DNA of 64,000 nucleotides from Escherichia coli (GCF_009931435.1 NZ_CP043414.1), one strand, 5' to 3'. Positions 1-11,196 are shown, counted from the first letter of the stretch. A program made the numbers and translations. Notes: generated from the letters alone by a model not told the origin.

Positions 1-332
1 CTCCGCGATTACGTACGGCGATCCAGTTAGCCCGAAATGTATCTTCCGGCACATGCGAGTATGTGATCAACACAACCAAAGGCGGGAAGGTAATAGCCAA
101 GACGCTGAACAACTGGTGGAATCAGGCTAAACGTGCAGCCGAGCAAAAAGCCGGCGTTCCGTTTGGGTGCAACTTCCATGACATAAAAGCCAAAGGGATT
201 TCAGATTACGAAGGCAGCAGTCGCGACAAACAAATTTTCAGTGGACACAAAACAGAAAATCAGGTGTTGATTTACGATCGTAAAACCAAAATAACACCAA
301 CACTGGATTTGCCGCTTGTGGTCAGTAAGTAG
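1..332 (+). CDS. tyrosine recombinase (phage/island integrase), C-terminal part; 5' end lies beyond the window edge
   Basis: Reading frame is open from position 3 to the stop at 330-332. The tail ...FHDIKAKGISDY...GHKTENQVLIYDRKTK resembles the C-terminal catalytic region of tyrosine recombinases. It sits next to a tRNA fragment. Confidence 0.6.
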   Translation, partial: PRLRTAIQLARNVSSGTCEYVINTTKGGKVIAKTLNNWWNQAKRAAEQKAGVPFGCNFHDIKAKGISDYEGSSRDKQIFSGHKTENQVLIYDRKTKITPTLDLPLVVSK

Positions 333-473
333 GCAATACAGAAAATTTTCTGGCAAAAAGACTTGGTATATTAACTCTGAATAACTCCCTAATATATTGA
401 TTTTTCTTGGTGTCAAGTCTGATTAACTTTTCGGCCATTTTCCGTATTATACTGATTTTTCTTTATTTTTCTT

Positions 474-533
474 CGGTCTTGAAAACCGGCGACCCGAAAG
501 GGTTCCAGAGTTCGAATCTCTGCGCTTCCGCCA
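474..533 (+). other. 3' fragment (about 60 nt) of tRNA-Ser, serT-like: anticodon-loop side through CCA, no 5' half; likely att core copy
   Basis: cGGTCTTGAAAACCGGCGACCCGAAAGGGTTCCAGAGTTCGAATCTCTGCGCTTCCGCCA matches the 3' part of E. coli serT as I recall it. The preceding sequence cannot form the acceptor or D arm. Confidence 0.7.
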
Positions 534-543
534 AATAAGATAA

Positions 544-576
544 GGGGTTAGCTAAATGCTAACCCCTTTTTCTTTT
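544..576 (+). terminator. rho-independent terminator (native serT terminator)
   Basis: Hairpin ggggttagc-taaat-gctaacccc followed by a T-run. Confidence 0.75.
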
Positions 577-739
577 GCCTGTCGAAATTCTCAGGGCGTT
601 ATATTTGCTTAATGACCTGATAATCCGCTGTTAAACCTGTTCCAGATCAAATGCGTAAAGATGGGTAAAACTTCTGGGTACCCTTGCGCATTATTATTAT
701 GCTGCTTAATTAATTACATCTGTCATAGAGAGTGACTCA

Positions 740-1399
740 ATGGATCGTATTGTTAGTTCTTCACATGACCGTACATCGCTGCTTAGCACCCATAAGGTGC
801 TGCGTAATACCTATTTTCTGCTGAGCCTGACGCTGGCCTTTTCGGCGATTACCGCAACTGCCAGTACGGTGCTGATGCTGCCATCTCCGGGTCTGATTCT
901 GACGCTGGTGGGTATGTATGGTTTGATGTTCCTGACCTATAAAACGGCGAATAAGCCGACCGGAATTATCTCCGCATTCGCCTTTACCGGTTTTCTGGGT
1001 TATATCCTCGGACCAATTCTGAATACCTATCTGTCTGCCGGAATGGGTGACGTAATCGCTATGGCACTGGGTGGAACGGCGTTAGTGTTCTTCTGCTGCT
1101 CTGCGTATGTGCTGACCACCCGCAAAGATATGTCGTTCCTTGGCGGTATGCTGATGGCGGGTATTGTGGTGGTGCTGATTGGTATGGTTGCTAATATCTT
1201 CCTGCAGCTGCCTGCCCTGCATCTGGCGATCAGCGCGGTCTTCATTCTGATCTCCTCTGGCGCTATCTTGTTTGAAACCAGCAACATCATTCATGGCGGT
1301 GAAACGAACTATATTCGTGCCACGGTTAGCCTGTATGTTTCGCTGTACAACATCTTCGTCAGCCTGCTGAGCATTCTGGGCTTCGCCAGCCGCGATTAA
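740..1399 (+). CDS. yccA: BAX inhibitor-1 family inner membrane protein, modulator of FtsH
   Basis: 219-aa ORF of hydrophobic multi-TM character; sequence recognised as YccA. Confidence 0.93.
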   Translation: MDRIVSSSHDRTSLLSTHKVLRNTYFLLSLTLAFSAITATASTVLMLPSPGLILTLVGMYGLMFLTYKTANKPTGIISAFAFTGFLGYILGPILNTYLSAGMGDVIAMALGGTALVFFCCSAYVLTTRKDMSFLGGMLMAGIVVVLIGMVANIFLQLPALHLAISAVFILISSGAILFETSNIIHGGETNYIRATVSLYVSLYNIFVSLLSILGFASRD

Positions 1400-1421
1400 T
1401 CTCACCCGCTAACACTTTCAT

Positions 1422-1452
1422 AGCCTCGCTTTATGCGGGGCTTTGTTTTTTG
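1422..1452 (+). terminator. probable rho-independent terminator after yccA
   Basis: Hairpin agcctcgc-tttat-gcggggct followed by ttgttttttg. Confidence 0.5.
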
Positions 1453-1489
1453 TTACACTGCCGCCAGTCTGATTAAGGTAGTAATAATT

Positions 1490-1819
1490 ATGCTGATCTT
1501 CGAAGGTAAAGAGATAGAAACGGATACCGAAGGCTATCTCAAAGAAAGCAGCCAGTGGAGTGAGCCGCTGGCAGTGGTGATTGCAGAGAACGAAGGGATT
1601 ACTCTGTCACCAGAACACTGGGAAGTGGTGCGTTTTGTGCGTGATTTCTATCTGGAATTCAATACTTCTCCGGCGATTCGTATGCTGGTAAAAGCGATGG
1701 CGAATAAATTTGGCGAAGAAAAAGGTAACAGCCGCTATTTATACCGACTGTTTCCGAAAGGTCCGGCTAAGCAAGCCACCAAAATTGCTGGCCTGCCAAA
1801 ACCGGTAAAATGTATTTAA
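1490..1819 (+). CDS. tusE: sulfurtransferase TusE (2-thiouridine synthesis)
   Basis: 109 aa from the ATG at 1490 ([12 protein letters not shown]...), with an aaggtag RBS. The ORF track's 1433 start is an upstream extension. Confidence 0.9.
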   Translation: MLIFEGKEIETDTEGYLKESSQWSEPLAVVIAENEGITLSPEHWEVVRFVRDFYLEFNTSPAIRMLVKAMANKFGEEKGNSRYLYRLFPKGPAKQATKIAGLPKPVKCI

Positions 1820-2094
1820 TGGATACGAAAATCGGTTAATTCCCCCGAGGGATGATGCGGCTCGCTGAGCACCCGTTCTACACGCGCAGAACGCGGGCCG
1901 CCACTCTTTAACCACTGCATTAATTTTTCTACCTGCCCTTCTTCACCGCAGGCAACCACTTCCACGCTGCCATCGTCAAGATTTTTGGCGTACCCGGCTA
2001 ATCCCAGCTTTTTCGCTTCATACTGCGTGGTATAGCGAAATCCAACGCCCTGAACTCGCCCGTAAACCCAGGCAATTATGCAGACTTTCGACAT
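1816..2094 (-). CDS. yccX: acylphosphatase
   Basis: 92 aa from the internal Met ([21 protein letters not shown]...), an acylphosphatase signature. The 163-aa track ORF is a 5' extension. Confidence 0.88.
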   Translation of the reverse strand: MSKVCIIAWVYGRVQGVGFRYTTQYEAKKLGLAGYAKNLDDGSVEVVACGEEGQVEKLMQWLKSGGPRSARVERVLSEPHHPSGELTDFRIH

Positions 2095-2188
2095 TGCTGC
2101 TCTCCTTATCCTTAATGGACGCGTTGCAAATCCATGGAAAACTCCGGACAATGACGCCCATTTCTTTGCATCGACAGAAAAGTAAATT

Positions 2189-3379
2189 ATGAGTGTACGT
2201 TTAGTGTTAGCCAAAGGGCGCGAAAAATCATTACTTCGTCGCCATCCGTGGGTCTTTTCCGGGGCCGTTGCCCGCATGGAAGGTAAAGCCAACCTCGGTG
2301 AAACCATCGATATTGTTGATCATCAGGGAAAATGGTTAGCACGCGGCGCTTATTCGCCAGCTTCGCAAATCCGGGCGCGCGTCTGGACGTTTGACCCGAA
2401 TGAATCTATCGACATTGCTTTTTTTACCCGCCGTTTGCAACAAGCACAAAAATGGCGTGACTGGCTGGCGCAAAAAGATGGCCTCGACAGTTATCGTTTA
2501 ATCGCCGGTGAATCTGATGGCCTGCCGGGAATTACTATCGATCGTTTCGGTAATTTTCTGGTGCTGCAGCTGCTAAGCGCTGGCGCGGAATACCAGCGTG
2601 CGGCATTAATTAGTGCCCTGCAAACGCTCTACCCGGAATGTGCAATTTACGATCGCAGCGACGTTGCGGTACGTAAAAAAGAAGGGATGGAACTGACCCA
2701 GGGCCCCGTTACCGGAGAGCTACCGCCTGCCCTGCTGCCGATTGAAGAACACGGCATGAAGCTGCTGGTGGACATACAGCACGGGCACAAAACGGGCTAC
2801 TACCTGGACCAGCGTGACAGCCGCCTGGCTACCCGCCGCTACGTTGAAAATAAACGCGTACTTAACTGTTTCTCCTATACCGGTGGTTTCGCCGTATCGG
2901 CATTGATGGGCGGTTGTAGCCAGGTTGTCAGCGTTGATACCTCCCAGGAAGCGCTGGATATTGCACGGCAGAATGTTGAGCTGAACAAACTGGATCTGAG
3001 CAAGGCTGAGTTTGTCCGTGATGATGTCTTTAAATTGCTGCGTACTTATCGCGATCGCGGTGAAAAATTTGACGTTATCGTGATGGACCCACCGAAGTTT
3101 GTTGAGAATAAAAGCCAGTTGATGGGCGCGTGTCGTGGCTATAAAGACATCAACATGCTGGCGATTCAGTTGCTGAATGAAGGCGGAGTTCTCCTGACTT
3201 TCTCCTGTTCCGGTCTGATGACCAGCGATTTATTTCAGAAAATCATCGCGGATGCCGCAATTGATGCCGGTCGTGATGTACAATTTATAGAGCAGTTCCG
3301 TCAGGCAGCCGATCATCCGGTGATCGCTACCTACCCGGAAGGGCTATATCTGAAAGGGTTTGCCTGTCGCGTCATGTAA
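2189..3379 (+). CDS. rlmI: 23S rRNA m5C1962 methyltransferase
   Basis: 396-aa ORF with PUA and SAM-methyltransferase character; recognised as RlmI (YccW). Confidence 0.92.
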   Translation: MSVRLVLAKGREKSLLRRHPWVFSGAVARMEGKANLGETIDIVDHQGKWLARGAYSPASQIRARVWTFDPNESIDIAFFTRRLQQAQKWRDWLAQKDGLDSYRLIAGESDGLPGITIDRFGNFLVLQLLSAGAEYQRAALISALQTLYPECAIYDRSDVAVRKKEGMELTQGPVTGELPPALLPIEEHGMKLLVDIQHGHKTGYYLDQRDSRLATRRYVENKRVLNCFSYTGGFAVSALMGGCSQVVSVDTSQEALDIARQNVELNKLDLSKAEFVRDDVFKLLRTYRDRGEKFDVIVMDPPKFVENKSQLMGACRGYKDINMLAIQLLNEGGVLLTFSCSGLMTSDLFQKIIADAAIDAGRDVQFIEQFRQAADHPVIATYPEGLYLKGFACRVM

Positions 3380-3754
<375 letters not shown>

Positions 3755-3767
3755 TCCCTGAACAAAT

Positions 3768-3800
3768 CCCCGGAAGGTTTTGGCCTTCCGGGGATTTTTT
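3768..3800. terminator. bidirectional rho-independent terminator between convergent hspQ and yccU
   Basis: Hairpin ccccggaagg-ttttgg-ccttccgggg followed by a T6 run. Confidence 0.7.
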
Positions 3801-4212
3801 ATTTGGCCAGGCCCAGGCGAGGGATCTCAATAGCCGGGCAGCGATCCATCACCACATTTAACCCGGCATCCCGTGCCAGTACTGCCGCTTGCTCATTAAT
3901 CACCCCCAGTTGCATCCAGAGGGTTTTCGCGCCAATGGCGATCGCTTCCTGCGCCACGCCCCACGCCGCTTCTGAATTACGGAAAACATCGACCATATCG
4001 ACTTTTTCCGGAACTTCTGCCAGCGTGCCATACCCCTGCTGGCCCAGCAGCGTTTTGCCGGCAACTTTTGGTGAAACCGGAATGACGTGATACCCCTGGT
4101 CGAGTAGATATTTCATCACGCGATAGCTGGGACGATCGGGTTTGTCGCTTGCCCCCACCAGCGCAATGGTATGAGTGGACGTTAAAATGCCTGCAATATC
4201 GGTTTCTTTCAT
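3799..4212 (-). CDS. yccU: CoA-binding domain protein
   Basis: 137 aa from [12 protein letters not shown]..., with a ggagga RBS. The longer track ORF is a 5' extension. Confidence 0.88.
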   Translation of the reverse strand: MKETDIAGILTSTHTIALVGASDKPDRPSYRVMKYLLDQGYHVIPVSPKVAGKTLLGQQGYGTLAEVPEKVDMVDVFRNSEAAWGVAQEAIAIGAKTLWMQLGVINEQAAVLARDAGLNVVMDRCPAIEIPRLGLAK

Positions 4213-4384
4213 TATTTCCTCCAGACTGTTTAACAAAGTGTACGACAAAGCCGACATGCCAACCATGCAGCTAATACGAATGAATGAGAGCAAAAGCGGG
4301 AATTATGTCTATATGTTAGTAAGTATGATTAAAGAAAAATTTTGACACATTATTATTCGGGCGGTCTTTTGACAGGAGCTACCT

Positions 4385-5047
4385 ATGAAAACCGGCATCG
4401 TGACCACCTTGATTGCATTATGTTTGCCGGTATCCGTTTTTGCCACCACGCTGCGGCTTTCAACCGATGTCGATCTTCTGGTACTCGACGGCAAGAAGGT
4501 TTCCAGCTCTCTGCTGCGCGGTGCGGACAGCATTGAACTGGATAATGGACCACATCAGTTAGTGTTTCGCGTTGAGAAGACGATTCATCTTTCCAATAGT
4601 GAAGAACGGCTGTATATCTCCCCACCACTAGTGGTCAGTTTTAATACCCAGCTCATCAACCAGGTCAATTTTCGCCTGCCTCGCCTGGAGAATGAGCGGG
4701 AAGCTAACCATTTTGATGCCGCGCCGCGCCTTGAATTGTTGGATGGCGATGCGACGCCGATTCCGGTAAAGCTGGATATTCTCGCCATTACCTCAACGGC
4801 AAAAACGATTGATTATGAGGTCGAGGTTGAACGCTATAACAAATCCGCGAAACGCGCTTCACTACCGCAATTTGCCACGATGATGGCAGATGACAGTACG
4901 CTGCTTTCGGGTGTTTCCGAGCTGGATGCTATTCCACCGCAGTCTCAGGTGCTCACAGAACAACGGCTGAAGTATTGGTTTAAACTGGCTGACCCACAAA
5001 CGCGAAATACTTTTCTGCAATGGGCGGAAAAACAACCATCTTCCTGA
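4385..5047 (+). CDS. yccT: DUF2057 secreted/periplasmic protein
   Basis: 220-aa ORF with an N-terminal signal peptide ([20 protein letters not shown]). Confidence 0.88.
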
Positions 5048-5056
5048 GATTTTTGT

Positions 5057-5076
5057 GCCTGTGCGCAGGCTTTTTC
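5057..5076 (+). terminator. probable terminator after yccT
   Basis: Short hairpin gcctgtgcgcaggc followed by tttttc. Confidence 0.45.
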
Positions 5077-5142
5077 GGTCTTTCTCTTGCAGCGATAAGT
5101 GCTTACAGTAATCTGTAGGAAAGTTAACTACGGATGTACATT

Positions 5143-5601
5143 ATGGAACTGACGACACGTACTTTACCTGCGCGGAAACATATTGCGCTGGTGGCACACG
5201 ATCACTGCAAACAAATGCTGATGAGCTGGGTGGAACGGCATCAACCGTTACTGGAACAACACGTACTGTATGCAACAGGCACTACCGGTAACTTAATTTC
5301 CCGCGCGACCGGCATGAACGTCAACGCGATGTTGAGTGGCCCAATGGGGGGGGACCAGCAGGTTGGCGCATTGATCTCAGAAGGTAAAATTGATGTATTG
5401 ATTTTCTTCTGGGACCCACTAAATGCCGTGCCGCACGATCCTGACGTGAAAGCCTTGCTGCGTCTGGCGACGGTATGGAACATTCCGGTTGCCACCAACG
5501 TGGCAACGGCAGACTTCATTATCCAGTCACCGCATTTCAACGACGCGGTCGATATTCTGATCCCCGATTATCAGCGTTATCTCGCGGACCGTCTGAAGTA
5601 A
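5143..5601 (+). CDS. mgsA: methylglyoxal synthase
   Basis: 152 aa from [20 protein letters not shown]...; recognised as MgsA. Confidence 0.93.
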
Positions 5602-5607
5602 TATTAC

Positions 5608-5632
5608 ACAGGTGGCAAACGCCACCTGTTTC
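5608..5632. terminator. hairpin between convergent mgsA and helD (weak U-tract)
   Basis: acaggtggc-aaac-gccacctgt lies between the two stop codons. Confidence 0.45.
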
Positions 5633-7687
5633 CTACGGTTTTCTCGCCACCGGCACATCCAGATTTTTCAGTATTTCGACAAAGGGAGAGGGATTCTCTT
5701 TGTTAAACAATGCCCATACCCGATGGCGTGCCCGGGTCAGCGCCACGTACATTAACCGCCGTTCTTCAGCGTCCGGAAAATCCTCAACCGGGGGTAGTAG
5801 CGCCTCTTCCATAATCGACTCCCGCGCCGCAGCCGGAAAACCATCACTCCCCTCCTGCAAGCCAACGATGATGACGTAATCCGCCTGTTGCCCTTTGCTG
5901 GCATGAATGGTCATAAAATCGATTTGCAACTTCGGCCAGCGTGTTGCCGCTTTTTCCAGGCTGGCAGGCCTCATGTGATGGTAACGCGCCAGGATCAGAA
6001 TGCGCTCTTCCGGTTTGGCATAACCAGAGAGCTTATCCAGCAAAGCATCAAGTTGACTCTCATCCAATAACGTGACGGCTTTTTTGTCTCCATTGGTTAA
6101 GCTGTTTAGCGGCTTTTTCAGCTGGCCAGGGTTCTGCTGAATAAAACGGTTTGCCACCTCACCGATACGACTGTTAAAACGGTAAGTCGTGTCTAAATCA
6201 CAGCGATCGCCTTCACCAAAGTTTTCATGGAAAGCGGTGGTGAGCGACATTTGCGCACCGCTGAAACGGTAAATCGCCTGCCAGTCATCGCCAACGGCGA
6301 ACAACGTCGTTTGACTGTTTTGCTTGCGTAATGCCGCTAACAACGCTGCACGCTGCGGCGAGATATCCTGAAATTCATCAACCAGAATATGCTTCCACGG
6401 GCTGATAAAGCGACCTTTCTCCAGAATCACAATCGCCTGGTGAATAAGGCCGGAAAAATCGACAGCGTTTTCTGCCTTCAGCGCACCTTTCCAGGCTTTT
6501 AATAACGGGGCCATCAACTTGATACGTTTACTGAACAAGTCGCGAATCTCTTCAGGTGCATTGGCAATCATTTCTGCCTGTGCACCGCCGTGCATTCGCA
6601 TCAGACTTACCCAGCGATCGAGGCGAGAAGCAAGACGATGCTGTAATTTCTCATCATCCCAGAAGTTACCTTCTGGCACTGACCACTGCATTTCTTCCGT
6701 CAGCCATTGCCGCCAGCCCTTCGCCTGCGCTTTCTTTTCGCTGCATTGCTTACGCCACTCAGCAATAAAGAGTTCATGACGGGCAGCGGTATCATTTTCT
6801 AGTTTGCTGACTGTCGGAACTTTTTTGCTGCCCTGCTGAATAATATGCAGCGCCAGCGCATGAAATGTGCGTGCGGTAATGTCTTCGGTATGTAGTCGTT
6901 CTCGGATACGCTCGTCCATCTCTTCAGCTGCTTTGCGACCAAACGCCAGCAATAAAATTTGCTCAGGGGACGCTTCACCACGCGCCAGCAACCAGCCTGC
7001 ACGGGCCACCAGCACCGACGTTTTTCCGCTTCCTGCACCGGCCAGCACTAACAGAGAATGCTCGCCGTTAACGACTGCCCGGGCCTGCGCCGGATTCAGC
7101 GGTGAAGACTCAACCTGACGGAAAAAATCCACATACTCGGTAAGCATAGCTTCGGTATACGCCTGATTATGCTGCAACCGAGCGCCTTCAATATCTTTTA
7201 ACCAGGCCTGACATTTACGCCACGCCTCACGGCAGTTATCGAATTCTTCCAGTCGGTTGACCGGCAACGGCAACGCCAACAAAGCCTGGCGGATTTGTTG
7301 CTGCACGCCAGAAGTTTGCTCACGCGTCAGCCATTTATTTTCTCCGGTGCGCGTGGCAATCAAATCCAGTTGCTGGCGTAAAACACCAGCCGCAATTTCG
7401 CTCATCTCAGCACTCCACCGCCGCCAGTGAGCATCAAGATGATGGTAAAAACGCTGCGTCTCGCCCCATTCGGTGCCGTGCAGACGCACCACTTTTTCGT
7501 CCGGCAGTACAAATTCCAGCTCGCCCCATACCAGACCGCGCTTACAGTGAATTGCCAGTAATTGATTGAAAGGAATAAGGTATTCGTGGCGATCGCCGGA
7601 GACTTTAATCCCGGCATTGAGGATCACCGCCCGATCGTAAGGGTGCTGTGCCAGACGTTTTCCAAGCGTTGTCGCTTTCAGTTCCAT
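5633..7687 (-). CDS. helD: DNA helicase IV
   Basis: 684 aa from MELKATTLGKRLAQHPYDR...; UvrD-like helicase with GAGSGKT Walker A. The track ORF has a 31-aa 5' extension. Confidence 0.92.
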   Translation of the reverse strand: MELKATTLGKRLAQHPYDRAVILNAGIKVSGDRHEYLIPFNQLLAIHCKRGLVWGELEFVLPDEKVVRLHGTEWGETQRFYHHLDAHWRRWSAEMSEIAAGVLRQQLDLIATRTGENKWLTREQTSGVQQQIRQALLALPLPVNRLEEFDNCREAWRKCQAWLKDIEGARLQHNQAYTEAMLTEYVDFFRQVESSPLNPAQARAVVNGEHSLLVLAGAGSGKTSVLVARAGWLLARGEASPEQILLLAFGRKAAEEMDERIRERLHTEDITARTFHALALHIIQQGSKKVPTVSKLENDTAARHELFIAEWRKQCSEKKAQAKGWRQWLTEEMQWSVPEGNFWDDEKLQHRLASRLDRWVSLMRMHGGAQAEMIANAPEEIRDLFSKRIKLMAPLLKAWKGALKAENAVDFSGLIHQAIVILEKGRFISPWKHILVDEFQDISPQRAALLAALRKQNSQTTLFAVGDDWQAIYRFSGAQMSLTTAFHENFGEGDRCDLDTTYRFNSRIGEVANRFIQQNPGQLKKPLNSLTNGDKKAVTLLDESQLDALLDKLSGYAKPEERILILARYHHMRPASLEKAATRWPKLQIDFMTIHASKGQQADYVIIVGLQEGSDGFPAAARESIMEEALLPPVEDFPDAEERRLMYVALTRARHRVWALFNKENPSPFVEILKNLDVPVARKP

Positions 7688-7809
7688 GACTCTGTAGATC
7701 CACACGAAATGATTTCTTATCAGTGTAACCGTCAGAGAAAACGTGCTCCAGCCCAAAAAAACGTTACAATTGCCGCCCATTACTGAAAACCACAGTAAAG
7801 CGAGGTTTT

Positions 7810-8256
7810 ATGCGTACCGTTTTGAACATTCTGAACTTTGTGCTTGGCGGATTTGCCACCACTCTGGGCTGGCTGTTGGCGACTCTGGTCAGTATTGTGC
7901 TAATTTTTACCTTACCGCTGACACGATCCTGCTGGGAGATCACTAAACTGTCTCTGGTGCCTTATGGCAATGAAGCTATTCATGTCGATGAACTGAACCC
8001 GGCTGGCAAAAATGTGCTGCTGAATACTGGCGGTACGGTATTGAATATTTTCTGGCTGATTTTCTTTGGCTGGTGGTTATGCCTGATGCACATTGCAACG
8101 GGCATCGCACAATGTATTTCCATCATTGGCATTCCTGTCGGCATTGCGAACTTTAAAATTGCCGCTATTGCACTATGGCCGGTCGGTCGTCGCGTGGTAT
8201 CGGTAGAAACAGCGCAAGCTGCGCGTGAAGCCAATGCACGTCGTCGTTTTGAATAA
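7810..8256 (+). CDS. yccF: inner membrane protein YccF (DUF307)
   Basis: 148-aa hydrophobic ORF; recognised as YccF. Confidence 0.9.
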   Translation: MRTVLNILNFVLGGFATTLGWLLATLVSIVLIFTLPLTRSCWEITKLSLVPYGNEAIHVDELNPAGKNVLLNTGGTVLNIFWLIFFGWWLCLMHIATGIAQCISIIGIPVGIANFKIAAIALWPVGRRVVSVETAQAAREANARRRFE

Positions 8257-8274
8257 TCCACTAATATGGCCTTT

Positions 8275-10428
8275 ATGCTAAGTCCTTTGCTCAAACGCTA
8301 TACCTGGAACAGCGCCTGGCTGTATTACGCGCGTATTTTTATTGCGCTTTGTGGAACCACAGCGTTTCCGTGGTGGCTGGGTGATGTAAAACTGACGATT
8401 CCGCTGACGCTGGGGATGGTGGCAGCGGCGCTGACCGATCTCGATGACCGGCTGGCGGGACGTTTGCGTAACCTCATCATTACGCTGTTCTGCTTTTTTA
8501 TCGCCTCGGCCTCAGTAGAATTGCTGTTTCCCTGGCCCTGGCTATTTGCAATTGGTTTAACGCTCTCTACCAGCGGCTTCATTTTGCTCGGCGGTCTGGG
8601 TCAACGCTATGCAACAATTGCCTTCGGTGCGTTACTGATCGCCATTTACACTATGTTGGGGACGTCACTGTATGAGCACTGGTATCAGCAGCCGATGTAT
8701 CTGCTGGCCGGTGCCGTCTGGTACAACGTCCTGACACTTATTGGTCATCTGCTGTTCCCGGTCCGCCCGTTACAGGACAACCTGGCGCGTTGCTATGAAC
8801 AACTGGCGCGTTATCTTGAGCTCAAGTCGCGCATGTTTGATCCTGATATTGAAGATGAAAGCCAGGCACCGCTGTACGATTTGGCTCTCGCCAACGGTCA
8901 GCTGATGGCGACATTGAATCAGACGAAACTCTCGCTGCTGACCCGCTTACGTGGCGATCGTGGTCAACGGGGAACGCGTCGCACGCTGCATTATTACTTT
9001 GTCGCGCAGGATATTCACGAGCGTGCCAGTTCTTCTCATATTCAGTATCAAACATTGCGTGAACATTTTCGCCACAGCGACGTGCTGTTCCGTTTTCAGC
9101 GACTGATGTCGATGCAGGGCCAGGCGTGCCAGCAACTGTCACGTTGTATTTTGCTGCGTCAGCCTTATCAACATGATCCGCATTTTGAGCGCGCTTTTAC
9201 GCATATTGATGCTGCGCTGGAGCGGATGCGCGATAACGGCGCGCCTGCCGATTTACTCAAAACACTGGGATTTTTGCTGAACAATTTACGCGCTATTGAT
9301 GCCCAACTGGCAACAATTGAATCAGAACAGGCCCAGGCACTGCCCCATAATAATGACGAAAATGAGCTCGCTGATGACAGCCCGCACGGATTGAGTGATA
9401 TCTGGCTGCGTCTTAGCCGTCACTTCACACCGGAATCCGCCCTCTTCCGTCATGCGGTAAGAATGTCGCTGGTGTTGTGCTTCGGCTACGCCATCATTCA
9501 GATAACCGGAATGCATCACGGGTATTGGATATTGCTGACAAGTTTGTTTGTCTGCCAGCCAAACTATAACGCCACGCGCCACCGCCTGAAGTTAAGGATT
9601 ATTGGTACGCTGGTAGGTATCGCCATTGGCATTCCTGTGCTGTGGTTTGTGCCGTCACTGGAAGGGCAGCTGGTGCTGCTGGTTATTACCGGCGTGCTCT
9701 TTTTTGCCTTCCGTAACGTGCAATATGCCCATGCAACGATGTTCATCACACTTTTGGTGCTACTTTGTTTTAACTTGCTGGGTGAAGGTTTTGAAGTGGC
9801 GTTACCTCGCGTAATCGATACGCTGATTGGTTGTGCCATTGCGTGGGCGGCGGTGAGCTACATCTGGCCTGACTGGAAGTTTCGCAATCTGCCGCGCATG
9901 CTCGAACGTGCCACCGAGGCCAACTGTCGCTATCTCGATGCCATACTGGAGCAATACCATCAGGGGCGTGATAACCGTCTGGCGTATCGTATTGCCCGCC
10001 GCGATGCACACAACCGTGATGCTGAACTGGCGTCGGTGGTATCAAATATGTCCAGCGAGCCGAACGTTACCCCGCAAATTCGCGAGGCCGCGTTTCGGTT
10101 GCTGTGCCTTAACCATACGTTTACCAGCTATATCTCAGCCCTCGGTGCTCACCGGGAGCAGTTAACTAATCCTGAAATTCTGGCGTTTCTTGATGACGCA
10201 GTTTGCTATGTTGATGACGCGCTACATCATCAACCTGCTGATGAAGAACGCGTCAATCAGGCATTAGCTGACCTGAAACAGCGGATGCAGCAACTTGAAC
10301 CACGGGCAGACAGCAAAGAACCTCTGGTCGTACAACAAGTCGGGTTATTGATTGCATTACTGCCAGAGATTGGTCGTCTGCAACGCCAGATTACTCAAGT
10401 TCCGCAGGAAACTCCTGTTTCGGCGTAA
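8275..10428 (+). CDS. yccS: putative inner-membrane transporter (FUSC-like)
   Basis: 717 aa from MLSPLLKRYTWN.... An alternative ATG lies at 8266 (720 aa); neither start has a clear SD. Confidence 0.85.
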   Translation: MLSPLLKRYTWNSAWLYYARIFIALCGTTAFPWWLGDVKLTIPLTLGMVAAALTDLDDRLAGRLRNLIITLFCFFIASASVELLFPWPWLFAIGLTLSTSGFILLGGLGQRYATIAFGALLIAIYTMLGTSLYEHWYQQPMYLLAGAVWYNVLTLIGHLLFPVRPLQDNLARCYEQLARYLELKSRMFDPDIEDESQAPLYDLALANGQLMATLNQTKLSLLTRLRGDRGQRGTRRTLHYYFVAQDIHERASSSHIQYQTLREHFRHSDVLFRFQRLMSMQGQACQQLSRCILLRQPYQHDPHFERAFTHIDAALERMRDNGAPADLLKTLGFLLNNLRAIDAQLATIESEQAQALPHNNDENELADDSPHGLSDIWLRLSRHFTPESALFRHAVRMSLVLCFGYAIIQITGMHHGYWILLTSLFVCQPNYNATRHRLKLRIIGTLVGIAIGIPVLWFVPSLEGQLVLLVITGVLFFAFRNVQYAHATMFITLLVLLCFNLLGEGFEVALPRVIDTLIGCAIAWAAVSYIWPDWKFRNLPRMLERATEANCRYLDAILEQYHQGRDNRLAYRIARRDAHNRDAELASVVSNMSSEPNVTPQIREAAFRLLCLNHTFTSYISALGAHREQLTNPEILAFLDDAVCYVDDALHHQPADEERVNQALADLKQRMQQLEPRADSKEPLVVQQVGLLIALLPEIGRLQRQITQVPQETPVSA

Positions 10429-11020
10429 GAGAGTCAGCCCATTCTGCAAGCTCCTGGCGGCGTGCCACCGGGAGCGCAGCTTCATGAATGCCGATAATGG
10501 CCCCTTCAAGCATAAACAGAATCTTTTCTGTCACCAGACTGTTTTGCTGCCGCAGTCGCAACCAACACATTTTTGCCCCAAGTATACGTAACGCCCGTAC
10601 ATCCTTAATCCCCACCTCCCCGAGTATCGCTTCCAGATGAAAAGACATATTGGGCAAATCTTTCAGTCTTTCCCGGGTATTGCGCGTGCTTTTCTCTTTC
10701 AGCGCTGCATCGAGAGAATATTTCGACAGACGCACCAGCTTCAGTTGATTTCGCCATAGACTTTCATCAACCCGATAGTAATTGAGGGTAACGGATCGGC
10801 CACACTTTTTATATGTCAGCCAGACAGGCGGATGTTTTACACAGTACTGTGCACTTTGCTCACAAGCCCGAAGATACAACTCACCATCAGAAACCATCGC
10901 AAACACCGTGTCGTCAACGGTCAGGCTGTAACTACCAAACAATGATCGGTATTCAATTGTGCCCAACGTTGCCAGGTATTCTTGTGATTTATAGATCCGC
11001 TTATAGGAGAGGCTTTTCAT
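10391..11020 (-). CDS. sxy: competence regulator Sxy/TfoX
   Basis: 209-aa ORF recognised as Sxy. Its 3' end overlaps the yccS 3' end by 38 nt. Confidence 0.92.
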   Translation of the reverse strand: MKSLSYKRIYKSQEYLATLGTIEYRSLFGSYSLTVDDTVFAMVSDGELYLRACEQSAQYCVKHPPVWLTYKKCGRSVTLNYYRVDESLWRNQLKLVRLSKYSLDAALKEKSTRNTRERLKDLPNMSFHLEAILGEVGIKDVRALRILGAKMCWLRLRQQNSLVTEKILFMLEGAIIGIHEAALPVARRQELAEWADSLTPKQEFPAELE

Positions 11021-11196
11021 AAAATTCCTTTTAAAATCATAACATAAAAGAATTATTCACATTAACGGATCCGTTAACTACGAAAATAGGCAACTTATTC
11101 TTAAGGGGCAAGATTAATTTATGTTTTCCCGTCACTAACGACAAAATTTGCGAGGCTCTTTCCGAAAATAGGGTTGATCTTTGTCGTCACTGGATG

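Larger units (their letters stand above)
1..576. mobile_element. att-proximal end of a tRNA-Ser (serT)-integrated genomic island or prophage; the rest is off-window
   Basis: Integrase 3' end, an AT-rich spacer (333-473), then a duplicated tRNA 3' segment followed by the native serT terminator and yccA. Confidence 0.55.

Noticed and set aside
474-533. Possibility that the tRNA-like segment is a functional tRNA gene
   Set aside because: The upstream sequence cannot form the acceptor-stem 5' strand or the D arm. It is a 3' fragment consistent with an att duplication, not a complete tRNA.
5633-7780. N-terminally extended ORFs for helD, fabA, pqiB, asnS, pncB, ssuA, ssuC, yccX, yccU, hspQ, tusE, mepK, mukE, cmoM, pyrD and zapC as given in the ORF track
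   Set aside because: The extensions lack RBSs and overrun upstream genes or leaders. Internal Met starts reproduce the expected protein lengths and usually have an SD sequence.
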